57,357 nt of DNA from Octopus sinensis (GCF_006345805.1 NW_021833606.1:1-57357), one strand, 5' to 3'; shown: positions 37,255 through 49,908, counted from the first letter of the stretch. A program made the numbers and translations. The notes: generated from the sequence alone by a model not told the origin.

Positions 37255-38547
37255 TATTAGGTCAAGTGTGAAATTTGTAGAAAAGAAAAAAAAGTTTGCT
37301 CATATTTTATTAATACAAGGAATAGTTTTATTCATCAAAGTATGCACCCATATTGTCAATACACTCTTGCCATTTCGGTGGTAGCTTGTCCAGCCTGGAA
37401 CTGTAAAAGCCTGGCAATCTGGAGTCAATGAAATCTTGGAAGGCCTGTTTTACAGGTCTTCCAAGTATCGTTGGAATTAATTTTTTTTCCTATCAAAAAG
37501 TTATCTAAATTCTGGAAGAAGTGGTAGTCAATGGAGACAAGATCAGGTGAGTATGGTGGATGATGGAGAACTTCCAACTCCATCTCCTATAGTTTCGCCA
37601 ATATCATTTTTGAGATGTGTGGTCTGGCGTTGTCTTGCAATAAGATAGGAGTGGATCTGTTGACTAATCTAGGCTGTTTTTTTTTCGTAAGTTTCTGAAT
37701 AATTTGATCCAACTGGCTGCAGTAAACTTTGGCCGTCATTGATGAGCCAGGTTTAATGAAATCATAATGGATCACATCTGCGCCAGACCACCAAACTCAC
37801 ACGATCAGTTTCTTTTGGTGAATTTTGCTTTTTGGACTGTGTTTTGGTGGCTCGTCTTTGTCCAACCTTTGTGCTAAACGTTTACGGTTGTTATATCGGA
37901 TCCATTTTTCATCCCATGTTATAATTCGATTAAAAAAGTGATTCATTTTTGTGACGAGAAAGTAGCATTATGAAGGCTTCCAAACGTTGCTGTTTCTGAT
38001 TTTCATTGAGTTCATGTGGAACCCACATCCAACTTTTACTGATTTGAACTAGGTGAGTCAATATTGTTTGCTTGCTAACACCAAACAACAACGATAATTC
38101 ACAGGCACTTTGAGATGGATCTGACTCGACGGTGGCTGTCAGTTCGTCATTATCCACCATTGTTTCTGGTCGACCGCATTGCTCATTTGTGAGGTCAAAG
38201 TTACTGGAACGAAATTTTGAAAACCAATTTGATACTGTCTACAGTGTAATAACATTAGAATGAAATACTCCATTAATATTCCGAGCTGTTTGTGATGCTG
38301 TATTTTCAAGAAAGAATTCATATTTCAAAACTGTGCGAATTTCCGACTTATCTATCTCCAAACAAAAATAGCAAAAAACGATTTATAAATACTTTATGAA
38401 GCACAAAATGAATTAGAATAAAGAAATAGATGTGTGAGCTTTCTAACGAAAAATAAATATTGTCAAAGTATAATAATGCCGCAAAATGAGCAGCTGTCAA
38501 AGTTTACCATATACCTTACTACAAATTTCATACTTGACGACCTAATA
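37255..38547 (-). mobile_element. Near full-length mariner element with dead transposase (CDS about 37328-38355)
   Basis: TA-flanked TIRs TTAGGTCAAGTGTGAAATTTGTAG; WVPHEL, DEKW, QDNARPH and YSPDL motifs; stops, frameshifts and ATG mutated to ATA. Confidence 0.92.
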
Positions 38548-39140
38548 CTAAATAGCGACCAATCTTTAAGTTATACAAATAATAACCCCACCAGTCTTCC
38601 ATAGGTACTACATACTTATTAATACATATTACCCTTACAAGATTCAATGTAAACTTACTAGTAACTAATAGAAACATTAAATTGATTAAATAGGCACTAA
38701 TAAATGTATACTTGTAATTAACTATTATTACAAAACCTTGCTACAATTAAAGCTAAATTAAAACTGTTTAAAAGATAATAAAGCTACGAAGTATTGACAC
38801 GTTTTTTTTCAAACCACGTGGTTCCATTACTTCTAGAACTTAAAAGATTATCTTAACTATAGATAACGTAGTACTTAATTACTACTTCCTTAATTGTCTC
38901 AAACAATATTGGTGACGCAGTAAGCAGATAACTTGAATTGTAAACATTTCAAATCTTTACAAATATTTGCTAAGTTGAAGACTTGATACTACCCCATATT
39001 TATTTAAAGTTTCAAGTCTCCCACCTAAACAGCAATTAAAAGTTTTAACCAATTTACTATATCTATACCCTTGTTTTATTAAACGTCTGGACAGTTTATT
39101 TTTCTATCCAAAAATGTATTAGCATTATCATTAATAGTAC

Positions 39141-39284
39141 TATAAGGTTGTCCCAAAAGTTCGTAGAAAGTCTTGGAAAATAATGGTCTTTATTTTGAGG
39201 AATAATTTTGTTGTTTTTGTTAGTACTTGGCGAGTAAAAATTCAATTTTCGCAAGTGTTTACGAACTTTTGGGACAACCTAATA
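39141..39284. mobile_element. 144-bp mariner-type MITE
   Basis: Inverted AGGTTGTCCCAAAAGTTCGTA at both ends with TA flanks. Confidence 0.82.
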
Positions 39285-39679
39285 TATCTGACAATTTGTC
39301 CTGCAAAAACACCATAACCAATAAAAGAAGGAATTCTACTACTTAACCATTGCATTGAAGCCATTTGGAAACCAAAATCTTTTGTTTTATTATAAATGCC
39401 AGTAGATATTTCATTATTATCTTTAATTACTAAATTGACGTCTAAATAATTAATATTCCTTATATTGTTACCATTTCTGGCGGCTATAAGCTTACTAGAG
39501 TATATTTTTCTGAGTAAGAATTCAAAGAAGCCATAATTAGGTATAAATATATCATCTCGTATGTATCTGCAGCATCCATTAAGTTAAGTGAACCAATCGT
39601 TTTCCTCGCATATGCATGTATGTATGTATATGTGAGTATGTGTGCGTGTGTGTGTGTGTTTGTAAATTTATTGGAAATG

Positions 39680-40600
39680 ACGTTACATGATCTGCTAGGC
39701 CAATTTCCTTGTGCATTAATGCGGATCCTCCAGGATGCACTTGCTCACTCTATCATCATTGAACTCGGCGAGTTGGCTGGAGCGCAGAGTCGAATCTTCT
39801 TTCTATGGATCGTGAAAACTATTTCTTATTTCTTTATTGCCCCACAAGGGGCTAAACATAGAGGGGACAAACAAGGACGGACAAACGGATTAAGTCGATT
39901 ATATCGACCCCAGTGTGTAACTGGTATTTAATTTATCGACCCCGAAAGAATGAAAGGCAAAGTCGACCTCGGCGGAATTTGAACTCAGAACGTAGCGGCA
40001 GACGAAATACCTATTTCTTTACTACCCACAAGGGGCTAAACACAGAGAGGATAAACAAGGACGGACAAACGGATTAAGTCGATCATATCGACCCCAGTGC
40101 GTAACTGGTACTTATTTAATCGACCCCGAAAGAATGAAAGGCAAAGTCGATCTCGGCGGAATTTGAACTCAGAACGAAACGGCAGACGAAAAACCTATTT
40201 CTTTATTACCCACAAGGGGCTAAACACAGAGAGGACAAACAAGGACGGACAAAGGGATTAAGGTCGATTAGATCGACCCCAGTGCGTAACTGGTACTTAT
40301 TTAATCGACCCCGAAAGGATGAAAGGCAAAGTCGACCTCGGCGGAATTTGAACTCAGAACGTAGCGACAGACGAAAAACCGCTATGCATTTCGCCCGGCG
40401 TGCTAACGTTTCTGCCAGTTCGCTGTGAAAACTATTTCTGCGTAGTTCCTTCAGTAATATCGCTTTCTTCGTACACAGTACGAATATCTCGAGTGGCTTT
40501 GGCAGCTTCGTATCTTTGATTGAAAGCGAAGCGAGGCAGATGTTGGGAATGCTCGTGTTTTCTACTTGTCACTCTGTTATCATATGTCTGAAAAGTGTTG
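39680..40600 (-). mobile_element. Mariner transposase N-terminal remnant interrupted by the SINE trimer
   Basis: With the SINE removed: HLPRFAFNQRYEAAKATRDIRTVYEESDITEGTTQK*FSR...EFNDDR...EDPH*CTRKLA. Confidence 0.65.
39827..40424 (-). mobile_element. Group C SINE trimer bounded by one 15-bp TSD
   Basis: GTGAAAACTATTTCT at 39812-39826 and 40425-40439; one headed unit plus two headless units of about 183 bp. Confidence 0.92.
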
Positions 40601-40751
40601 AAATTTATTTAAATTTCAAAAACGACGAACAAACTTGAAAAGAGTAAGTAAGCCTACAAAAAGTCCACAAAACATTATCTAAAAATATTTTTCGTGTTAA
40701 TTCAACAAACAGAAATAAACGAACGAATTTATCTGACATATACATATACGC

Positions 40752-41172
40752 AGGAGTGGCTGTGTGGTAAGTAGCTTGCTAACCAACCACATGGTTCCGG
40801 GGTCAGTCCCACTGCGTGGCATCTTGGGCAAGTGTCTTCTGCTATAGCCCCGGGCCGACCAATGCCTTGTGAGTGGATTTGGTAGACGGAAACTGAAAGA
40901 AGCCTGTCGTATATATGTACATATATGTATATATATGTATATATGTGTATGTGTGTGTGTGTGTTGTGTGTGTGTGTGTTGTGTTTGTCCCCCTAGCATT
41001 GCTTGACAACCGATGCTGGTGTGTTTACGTCCCCGTCACTTAGCGGTTCGGCAAAAAGAGACCGATAGAATAAGTACTGGGCTTACAAAGAATAAGTCCT
41101 GGAGTCGATTTGCTCGACTAAAGGCGGTGCTCCAGCATGGCCGCAGTCAAATGACTGAAGCAAGTAAAAGAG
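40752..41172 (+). mobile_element. Group D SINE
   Basis: Full-length match. Confidence 0.92.
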
Positions 41173-41418
41173 AGAAAGAGAGAGATGGTAGTCAGAGCTT
41201 TCCTCTTACAAGACAATATTCTACGATAAATTTGCAGTATAAGTACTGGTACCAGCATTTGAGATTATTGATTGGTCTACAGAGGATATGCGCTCCAGAG
41301 TCTTGAAAACCAGGAAGATCTCGTCACCAGCTGCAGATTTCCACAGAAACAATGATTGTGACAAACAGTATCTTAGAAAAATAAGAAGAACAAGAAGGAG
41401 ACTTATGATTAGTGAAAA

Positions 41419-42017
41419 TATTGGGTTGTCGACGCTTGGCCAGGAGTACCTTTTCGGCCAAAAAGTTCGTGCCGATTTTTAAAGGAAAGAAAAAGGTCAA
41501 TAAATATTTGCCATTACATTTTTAATCAACCAAATATGAACCATTTTGTGGCACAATGCATCTCCATCTTTCCTTTAACTTGAAAATACTCTCTTCCCAG
41601 AATTGAGGTGGTTTCATGGCAAAAAATTCGTCAAGATATCTTTTTACGTCATCCAAGGAATTGAAATGTTTTACCATTAAGACTATTCTGCAGAGAACTG
41701 AATAAGTGGAAATCCGAAGGAGCAATATCTGGTGAATATGGAGGGTAGGGCAACACATCCCAGCCAAGCTGCAGCAATTTTTGTCTGGTTCCCAAAGCAT
41801 CAAGTGCCGAAAATGAACTTTCTTATCTGCCATTTTAAAGGGTTACAGAATTAACACAGGTTATAGGAACATAAAGCTTCTTCCACGAAGAGATAGCTTA
41901 ACCTGTGCTCTAAATGGAGGTGTAGTCAAATCCTATTTTATGGACTCAACCATGTTCTAAAATAAATCGAAAGCTAAGCTACTATAAATTGGCAGGAACT
42001 TTCCGGACAACCCAATA
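41419..42017 (-). mobile_element. Internally deleted mariner, about 600 bp
   Basis: TIR TATTGGGTTGTC(CGGAAAGTTC); MADKKVHFRHLMLWE joined to QKLLQLGWDVLPYPPYSPDIAPSDFHLF. Confidence 0.85.
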
Positions 42018-42569
42018 GCTTTTTTGTTTTTGTTGGTGCCATTTGATAGCATCTTGTAAAGAACAATAGGAAAAAATAAATCCATCAATTAAGAGCTCAA
42101 AAATGAAGTGAATAACATCTTGGGGCTTGGGAGTTAACACCTCAAGAATCACTCATTCGTTAATGACTGTTGTGTGAACCCAGACGTGCAGGACTAGTGA
42201 ACCTCAACGAGGACTTGGAAGAGAAACACCCTGCATAACACAAAAATGTTTTGAATGGGTATGTTTCCTTAAACTTGAGGAGATTGATGTTATTAACATC
42301 AAGTATCAAATCTCTTGCACTCGTGGCCGTTACGCTTTTCCGATCCAAGAGCAGATGATAGATCCAAGCAGCGAAGCCTTTAGCTGTTGATTATGTAATT
42401 CTTTTGTGGAGGACGTAATGCATGCAATCAGCAGCTGCCCAAAAATTCCACCGGGGTACTATCTCCCACTGCGATGTGATGTAGTTGCTAAAATAATATA
42501 TGATGCTATCTGCGGAAAACACTATCCTGGGTTATATATAAACAACGCCACTGCTATTAGATATATAAT

Positions 42570-42957
42570 CTCTCTCTATATAAAGCTGAAGTTGTCTGTG
42601 TTTGGCAGGTTTGGTAGCCTTCAACTAATACTATCTCCTCCGAGACCCTGCAGCGCAAGTTGACCAAAATTGAGAGTTTGATAGAAGAAAGCTTGCTCTT
42701 CCTTCCGTAGAAGAAAAAATTCAAATCAGACCAAGTTAACACCAAAAATTATTTACATCAAAAAGGTGCTTTTTTTTTTTTCTATGAAAATCCCTATTTT
42801 TTACGAATTTTGACTGCTGTGTCGCCATTGTTCGGTGTATTTCAGCCAGAAAAATGTCCACTTAAAGAGCTCCATAATGCAAAATTTTTACTTTTCAAAA
42901 ATTCCAATTCTAAAGGGTCGAATCAAACCCGAGCAACGCCGGGCGATACTGCTAGTA
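42570..42957 (-). mobile_element. Second Helitron/Helentron-like element
   Basis: Reverse-complement copy of 29774-30167. Confidence 0.65.
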
Positions 42958-43640
42958 TCAATAAAAGGAATAGCGGTGGAATATTCATATTAAAAACTCT
43001 ACCATGTGCAAGCATAACATGCCCGATAAAGGTATCTGGGCCAGACAAAAAAAAACATGTATATTCATAAGGATTACTTGCTTGCAGACGTGAACGACTC
43101 TTCTAAAATTAGCAAGAAGGTGTATGTCTACGGACAACCGTTTCTCTACCTTAATTATGAATTCACATTCACACAAATAGACATTGGTGAATTTGGTTAT
43201 GATAATAAATGTGAATGTGTTTAGTAAGTCTCAATTCGGAAAAAAATGGGGTGTTTCGGCAAAGGAAAGGGGTCGCTGACAAGTGTTTTATAGACACAAT
43301 CTCTTTGACTGATTATAGTAAAAGATTGCAAAAAAATAGCAATATTTTCCTAATGTTCGGTATATAACAATTATCGTTGTCGCTATTGAAATATGAGCGA
43401 TGAAGCCTTTTATTTCGTTGCTAGAAACTGGTTCCTTCCTGTTAGGAAGAAATCTAATAGATAAAAGGAAGTAAGTTATACACATAAACATACAAATGAG
43501 TATGTTGTATGTGTGTGTGTGTATAATGATGGGTTAAACTTTCTGTCTGTGTGCCTTCAGTCTATCTCTCTGCCTATCTATCTACTTATCTCTCTCTCCC
43601 TCCTCCTTCTCCTTCTCCTCTCTCTTTCTTTCTCTCTTTC

Positions 43641-43725
<85 letters not shown>

Positions 43726-43734
43726 CTATCTATT

Positions 43735-43769
<35 letters not shown>

Positions 43770-43775
43770 ATTTAT

Positions 43776-43804
<29 letters not shown>

Positions 43805-43807
<3 letters not shown>

Positions 43808-43983
43808 TTATTATTATTATTTTTATTATTTTTTTTGTTCTTTTCTTCCCTTTTACGATCCCTCTTGATCGAAAACCTACGCCACCCCCTTTTTTTCTTT
43901 TGTTTTTTTCATCCCCCAAAAGAAAAGCTCTACCTTGTAACTTGTCCCATCTGTGTGCAGCCCTGTGTGGCCAATAAAGAAAC
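43805..43983 (+). mobile_element. Retroelement 3'-end fragment embedded in (TATC)n
   Basis: Second copy at 50634-50800; ends GCCCTGTGTGGCCAATAAAGAAA, similar to the Tx1 and SINE C tails. Confidence 0.65.
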
Positions 43984-44051
<68 letters not shown>

Positions 44052-44512
44052 TTATCTCTCTCTCTCTCTCTCTCTTCTCCCTATCTATCTATCTATCTGT
44101 CTGTCTGTCAGTCTGTCATTCTGTCTACCTGACTGCCTATCCTGAAAAGGAAAAAAAAAAAGTACATTTTAACGTGACACAAATTACGTTTCTTTAAACT
44201 ACTTGCATTCGTAGCAACAACAACATGAACTGTCACCAGCCGGAAATATATAAAGGAAACTGAAATTAGTTAAACCAGCGACAACAAAGCCTTAAGCCAC
44301 AAGAGGCAACATTTCGATTGAAACTTTACAAATTCTCATTTCCTATATTTATGCAGACAATAAACTAGTGCAGAGTGGATTCGGCAAGTGGAACGTCAGC
44401 CGTTTTCAGTCTTTTAATTATGGCGGTCTCTTATAATACATCATGGATGCATCTTCATGCAGAATTTCCAAAAAGATTGCACTAAAACGTATACGCATAC
44501 TTATGGTAATAG

Positions 44513-44575
<63 letters not shown>

Positions 44576-44586
44576 CTATCTATCTA

Positions 44587-44617
<31 letters not shown>

Positions 44618-44652
44618 CTGTCTGTCTGTCTCTCTCTCTGTCTATCTGTCTT

Positions 44653-44687
<35 letters not shown>

Positions 44688-45075
44688 GTCTGTCTGACTG
44701 TCTGACTGCATGCTTGCCTGCCTGTCTGTCTATCTGTCTTTCTGCCTGTCTGTCAGTCTTTCTGTCTGTCTGTCTGTCAGTCTTTCTGACTGTATGTCTG
44801 TCTATCTGTCTTTCTGCCTGTCTGTCAGTCTTTCTGTCTGTCTGTCAGTCTTTCTGACTGTATGTCTGTCTATCTGTCTATGTATGTATGTATGTATGTA
44901 TGTATGTATGTATGTATGTATGTATGTATGTATGTATGTATCTATCTATCTATCTATTTCTCTCTCTCTTTATATATATATATATATATATATTTATTTA
45001 TTTATATTAGAATATTTTTCGTAATGAGATAAAAAGCCAAGGCTGTGTAGATATTAGAACATTTATAGATAGAAG

Positions 45076-45127
45076 GTCTTACAGCTGTTTCTAGGAGATT
45101 TATTAGTTATACCCCTTTATCGGAGAC
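45076..45127 (-). ncRNA. Decayed hammerhead motif
   Basis: gtct-CCGATAA-(helix II)-GAAA-cagctg-TA-agac; core has two substitutions. Confidence 0.4.
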
Positions 45128-45761
45128 GGTGTGAGAGGATGGTTTAGTAATAGTTTATTTAGATAGGAGACAAAATAGTGAGTGAGGTGGAGGAAAGAAA
45201 ATAGATGTGAGATATGTATGGATATTGAATTCGTAGATCCATTTTTTAGGCAGAATGGTATATATGTAAGATTCCAATACCTAATGAGTGAGATCTAAAT
45301 AGCAGCCAAATCTCCCTTACAACAGACCCTTTCTTCAAAAGAAAGACACAGATTTACAGTATTTCAGGCAGAAGAAAAAAAAGAAGTATGCGATGGGTCT
45401 GCTTCATCAGCGGCAACTCTGGGCTAAACAAAACACACACAAACATAGTTCATATTAAAAAATTATCTACTTAATAATACTAATAAAGATGACGGTATAT
45501 CTTCGAAGTTTTATTCCCTGGTAAGACCCCATATATTTTAAGCATTTTCTTATTATGCTCAAAGACATAAAAAACGTTTTCAGGTAGAGTTGCCACCGTT
45601 AGCTAAAGACCTCAGAATTGTGCGAAAAGATTACTGAAGCTTTTGGTACCTCATGCGTCAAAATCGGCAACTGAGTTTTCGAATCCATAAGGAACATACG
45701 TGCGCGCGCAAAAACACATATTTTATATATATAAACATACATACATATATAAATACATACA

Positions 45762-46183
45762 TACTCTTTACTCTTTTACTCTTTTACTTGTTTCAGTCAT
45801 TTGACTGCGGCCATGCTGGAGCACCGCCTTTAGTCGAGCAAATCGACTCCGGAACTTATTCTTTGTAAGCCCGTACTTATTCTAATCGGTCTCTTTTGCC
45901 GAACCGCTAAGTGACGGGGACGTAAACACACCAGCATCGGTTGGCAGGCAATGCTAGGGGACAAACACAGACACACAAACACACACACACACATATATAT
46001 ATAATATCATATATATACGACAGGCTTCTTTCAGTTTCCGTCTACCAAATCCACTCACCAAGGCATTGGTCGGGGGGCCCGGGGCTATAGCAAAACACTT
46101 GCCCAAGATGCCACGCAGTGGGATTGAACCCGGAACCATGTGGTTGGTTAGCAAGCTACTTACCACACAGCCACTCCTGCGCC
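45762..46183 (-). mobile_element. Group D SINE
   Basis: Match to group D consensus. Confidence 0.9.
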
Positions 46184-46201
46184 TACACATACATTCATAC
46201 A

Positions 46202-46305
<104 letters not shown>

Positions 46306-46793
46306 ACATACATATGTATTTATAAACAAACACACCACACACACACATATATGTACATACTGATCTATATGTAGGTGTGAGGTGTATCTATGTGTCTAGT
46401 ATTGCTATTATTATCGTTGTTAGTAAGGCAGAGAGCTGGTAAAATCATTAGCACGCCGGGTGAAACGTTTATCGGCTTTTTCTCTGTCTTTACGTTCTGA
46501 GTTCAAATTCCGCCGTGGTTCCCTTTGCTTCTCATCCTTTCGGGATCTAGGAAATAAGTACCCGTCAAGTATGGGATCAAGGTTGTCGACCAATCCCCTC
46601 CCCTCAAATTTCAGGCCTTGTGCCTATAGTAGAAAGAAGTATTATTCTTGTTAGTACTGGGTGTGAATTCTAAAGTAGTAGTATTATTTGTACCAGAGAG
46701 AGACGTATTATTTGTAGAGGAAACTAGAGAAGTATTTACTACTTGAATAAAGATAGTCTCTATTACTAATAGTATTTAATTTCTTATTGCGTG

Positions 46794-46835
<42 letters not shown>

Positions 46836-47109
46836 TACTGGGAGAAGAAGAAACGAAACGAAACGGAACGAATCGAATCGAATCGACGCGAAGGCGCTCA
46901 GTCATACAATAGTGTAATAAATAAAATATATGCATACATACATACATATATGTATGTACCTACATCTACATGTATATATACATGCATATATAAATATATA
47001 TACGTGAGTACAGGACACCACAAATAGACGCAAAACTCAACGAGATATATATATATACATACATACACGTAGGTAGGTAGTCAGGCACACACACACACAC
47101 ATGTATGAA

Positions 47110-47800
47110 GGAGAGCGGGATTATAGAAAAATCTTGGCAAGAATCTTATTAGAATGTGTCCAAGCAATAGATGAATCTGTATTTTCTAAGTCACAGGGCA
47201 GATTTCGCCCTGGGCTTAGCACATAGAAATGGTTTTTGTCAACCTTCATCTGTGAGAAAAAGTCAAAAACAAGTGTTTTTTTTTTGTTTTACAAAGTGAT
47301 CAAAACGTGGCACCTTGGACAAGTGTCTTCTACTATAGCCTCGAGCTGACCAAAGCCTTGTCAGTGGATTTGATTGACGGAAACTGAAAGAAGCCCGTCA
47401 AATATATATATATATATATATGTACGTGTGTCTATATATGTTTGTGCGTCTGTGTTTGTCCCTCCAACATCGCTTGACAACCGATGCTGGTGTGTTTACG
47501 TCCCCGTAACTTAGCGCTTCGGCAAAAGAGACCGATAGAATAAGTCCTGAGGTCGATTTACTCAACTAAAGGCGGTACTCCAGCATGGCCACAGTCAAAT
47601 GACTGAAACAAGTATATACTATGAAGTACCGCAGATAATACTTTAGAAACTTGACATTTCACCTAAATTCATCGCCTTCGTCCACTCCTTCCATGACATC
47701 ACAGAGAATTCAATGCAATCAATGAACGAGCGTCGCCATTAGTTGAGGTCAAAACTGGTGTGAAGCAAGGTGGAATATTTGCGCCAACTTCCAGCTCACT
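47110..47800 (+). mobile_element. RTE-type RT remnant interrupted by a group D SINE (47305-47612)
   Basis: KILARILLE...SQGRFRPG; KLDISPKFIAFVHSFHD; EVKTGVKQGGIFAPT. Confidence 0.65.
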
Positions 47801-47829
47801 TTCGCTGCTGTAAATGAAAAATGAAACTT

Positions 47830-48070
47830 CACATGTAGAAAAATATCACAGAAACAATGGTGGCTGTGTAAGAGAAATATTACATGGTTTAACCCACTTG
47901 TTGTAACTCCAGATATCGCAGAAACCTTCTTTGGAGCTTTGGAGGAGCATTATTCTCCTATAGCATAGTAAAATCTTCAATAGACACATTGTGAAATTTG
48001 TGTACTTTACCACGCCTAAATTACCTAATAATATAGCAGCAGTTAACGATAAGAAATTTAAAAAACATTA
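47830..48070 (+). mobile_element. Penelope-like element remnant (post-RT linker)
   Basis: KRNITWFNP and KIFNRHIVKFVY resemble the PLE WFNPP / KIFNRNTVKVSY motifs. Confidence 0.55.
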
Positions 48071-49008
48071 GTAATTGGGGGCACGTCTTTAATTATTCAA
48101 GTAGTAAATACTATTCTAGGTCCTTTGTAAATAATATATCGCTAGTATAAAAATAATAGTACATTAGATTCCTTTCCCAGTACAAGCAAGAAAATTATAA
48201 TGCGATAGACAATGTCTCTTCAGATAATAAACCTGATGGTATATGTAACTATATGGATCAATATAAATGCCTTTTAAATAACCAATATGTTAGAACTAAT
48301 TTAGTATAAAGATGTTCTGTTAAAACACCTGATAAAATATATTACTACACAGAAGCCTTAACATTTGAATTATTTACATGCATTAAATCATAAATGGAAA
48401 GAACTTAGCATTTCACTCGATGAATTTAATTGTGATCTCAAACAGAAGAATAACAATTACTAAATTCCGTAGTCAGTTATATGTATTGCACTTCACACAA
48501 GGGCGCAGGATATCTGTAATTTGTGTTGTATGGATGCACTCGAAATTCTCAAGTGTAAGTTCTGATCTAATAAGTGTAATGAATTATTGTTCCTTTGTTC
48601 CCACGAATTCAATAAAACTTTCTTAAAATTCCATTTAGCATTTGAATTCTTTGTAGTTCTCCTGCTTTATTACATGTGACATTTTATACAATGTCTCTAC
48701 ACTTTAATGTCTCCAACTTAAATTATTTTCTATGTAACTAATAGTTTATTTTTTAAGTAATGAATATTTTAAATTTCAAACTGTAAATGATCTGATAATA
48801 CCCAGTCAATATTCATGGGTACTCTTTTAGATTTATCCTGTACCTTTATTCTGGTTTCTTGTCCTTACCATTTCAAGTCTTTTCTTTATCTCGAATTTCT
48901 CATTATATTTCCCTTCCTCCTATTCATGGCATTTCTGAATTTACAGTAGTTCCCAACCCTTTCATTTAAATGAGTTTTCCCATGGACCCCTTATGTTCAC
49001 TTATGTTA

Positions 49009-49042
<34 letters not shown>

Positions 49043-49254
49043 TATTATATATATATTATATATATATATATACAAAATTAGAAAATGGAGAAACATACTT
49101 AAATCAATCAAACATCAACCTCAGATGATACCCAATCAATACTTTATTACACCATTACATAACAGCAAAGGCATTATACAAAATATATGTAATATAATTA
49201 GACAAGGAAATAGAAATATAAAATATAAAATATAAAATATATAATTATATCATA

Positions 49255-49363
49255 TCTGACAGCTGTTTCGGCCGTAAGGACAAGTATGCCTCATTAACCT
49301 ATAAGCCATATAAGGCAGGTATAAATGAGACATTACAAGGATGTCCCACGGCCTCTTCAGAGA
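49255..49363 (-). ncRNA. Type-I hammerhead ribozyme, intact core, long helix II
   Basis: tct-CTGAAGA-ggccgt[84-nt hairpin]acggcc-GAAA-cagctg-TC-aga; GUC cleavage triplet; ACAGCTGT palindrome. Confidence 0.8.
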
Positions 49364-49543
49364 ATTTAATTTATTATAAGTGTGAAAAATTTTTTTTACA
49401 TATAAATATAAAATATAAAAACGTGTGCATAGACACTCATAATACTACACACATATATATACTCATTAATACAATAATACAAAAGTATATTGGATATATG
49501 TTATCCCATGGTGGGTTGAATTTTCAACCCCTATCTCATTTTA

Positions 49544-49815
49544 TGACAGTAGGGGATTACACCACCGCTGTTTAGCCCTAGGAAGCATCGACGCTTCCTG
49601 ATGGCTTTCAACACTTTTTTCCTGTGTCCTTATATATTTACGAAGGGGAGACAAACACCCCATATATATATATATATATTATATATATATATATATGGGG
49701 GTGTTTGTCTCCCCTTCGTAAATATATAAGGACACAGGAAAAAATGTGTTGAAGCCATCAGGAAGCGTCGATGCTTCCTAGGGCTAAACAGCGGTGGTGT
49801 AATCCCCTACTGTCA
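49544..49815. repeat. 272-bp near-perfect palindrome centred on (TA)n
   Basis: Arms of about 125 bp differ almost only by small, mostly homopolymer, indels. Confidence 0.9.
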
Positions 49816-49861
49816 CGTTAGATTGACAGTATACAACCATTCTATATATATATGTATTAAG

Positions 49862-49908
49862 AAAACTGTCCGATGAACGGGAACGTGAAACTCTGAGTAA
49901 CAGCTTTT
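49862..49908 (+). ncRNA. Minimal hammerhead motif, same family as 12558, with U4-to-C core change
   Basis: ctgt-CCGATGA-acg.GGAA.cgt-GAAA-ctctgag-TA-acag. Confidence 0.65.

Larger units (their letters stand above)
41190..43490 (+). mobile_element. Older R4/Dong copy related to 31919-33328, split by two insertions
   Basis: IDWSTEDMRSRVLKTRKI; YAFPIQEQ; C*LC...EDVMHAISSC...LRCDVVA; RWNIHIK...CKHNMPD; IDIGEFGY; 3' UTR (GAAGCCTT...TAGAAACTGGTTCCTT) matches the first copy. Confidence 0.75.

Noticed and set aside
41235-41375. Minus-strand exon with a strong pyrimidine tract
   Set aside because: The plus strand is explained as R4 coding sequence (IDWSTEDM...KTRKI).
47640-47812. Minus-strand exon candidate
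   Set aside because: The plus strand is an RTE RT remnant (GVKQG motif).
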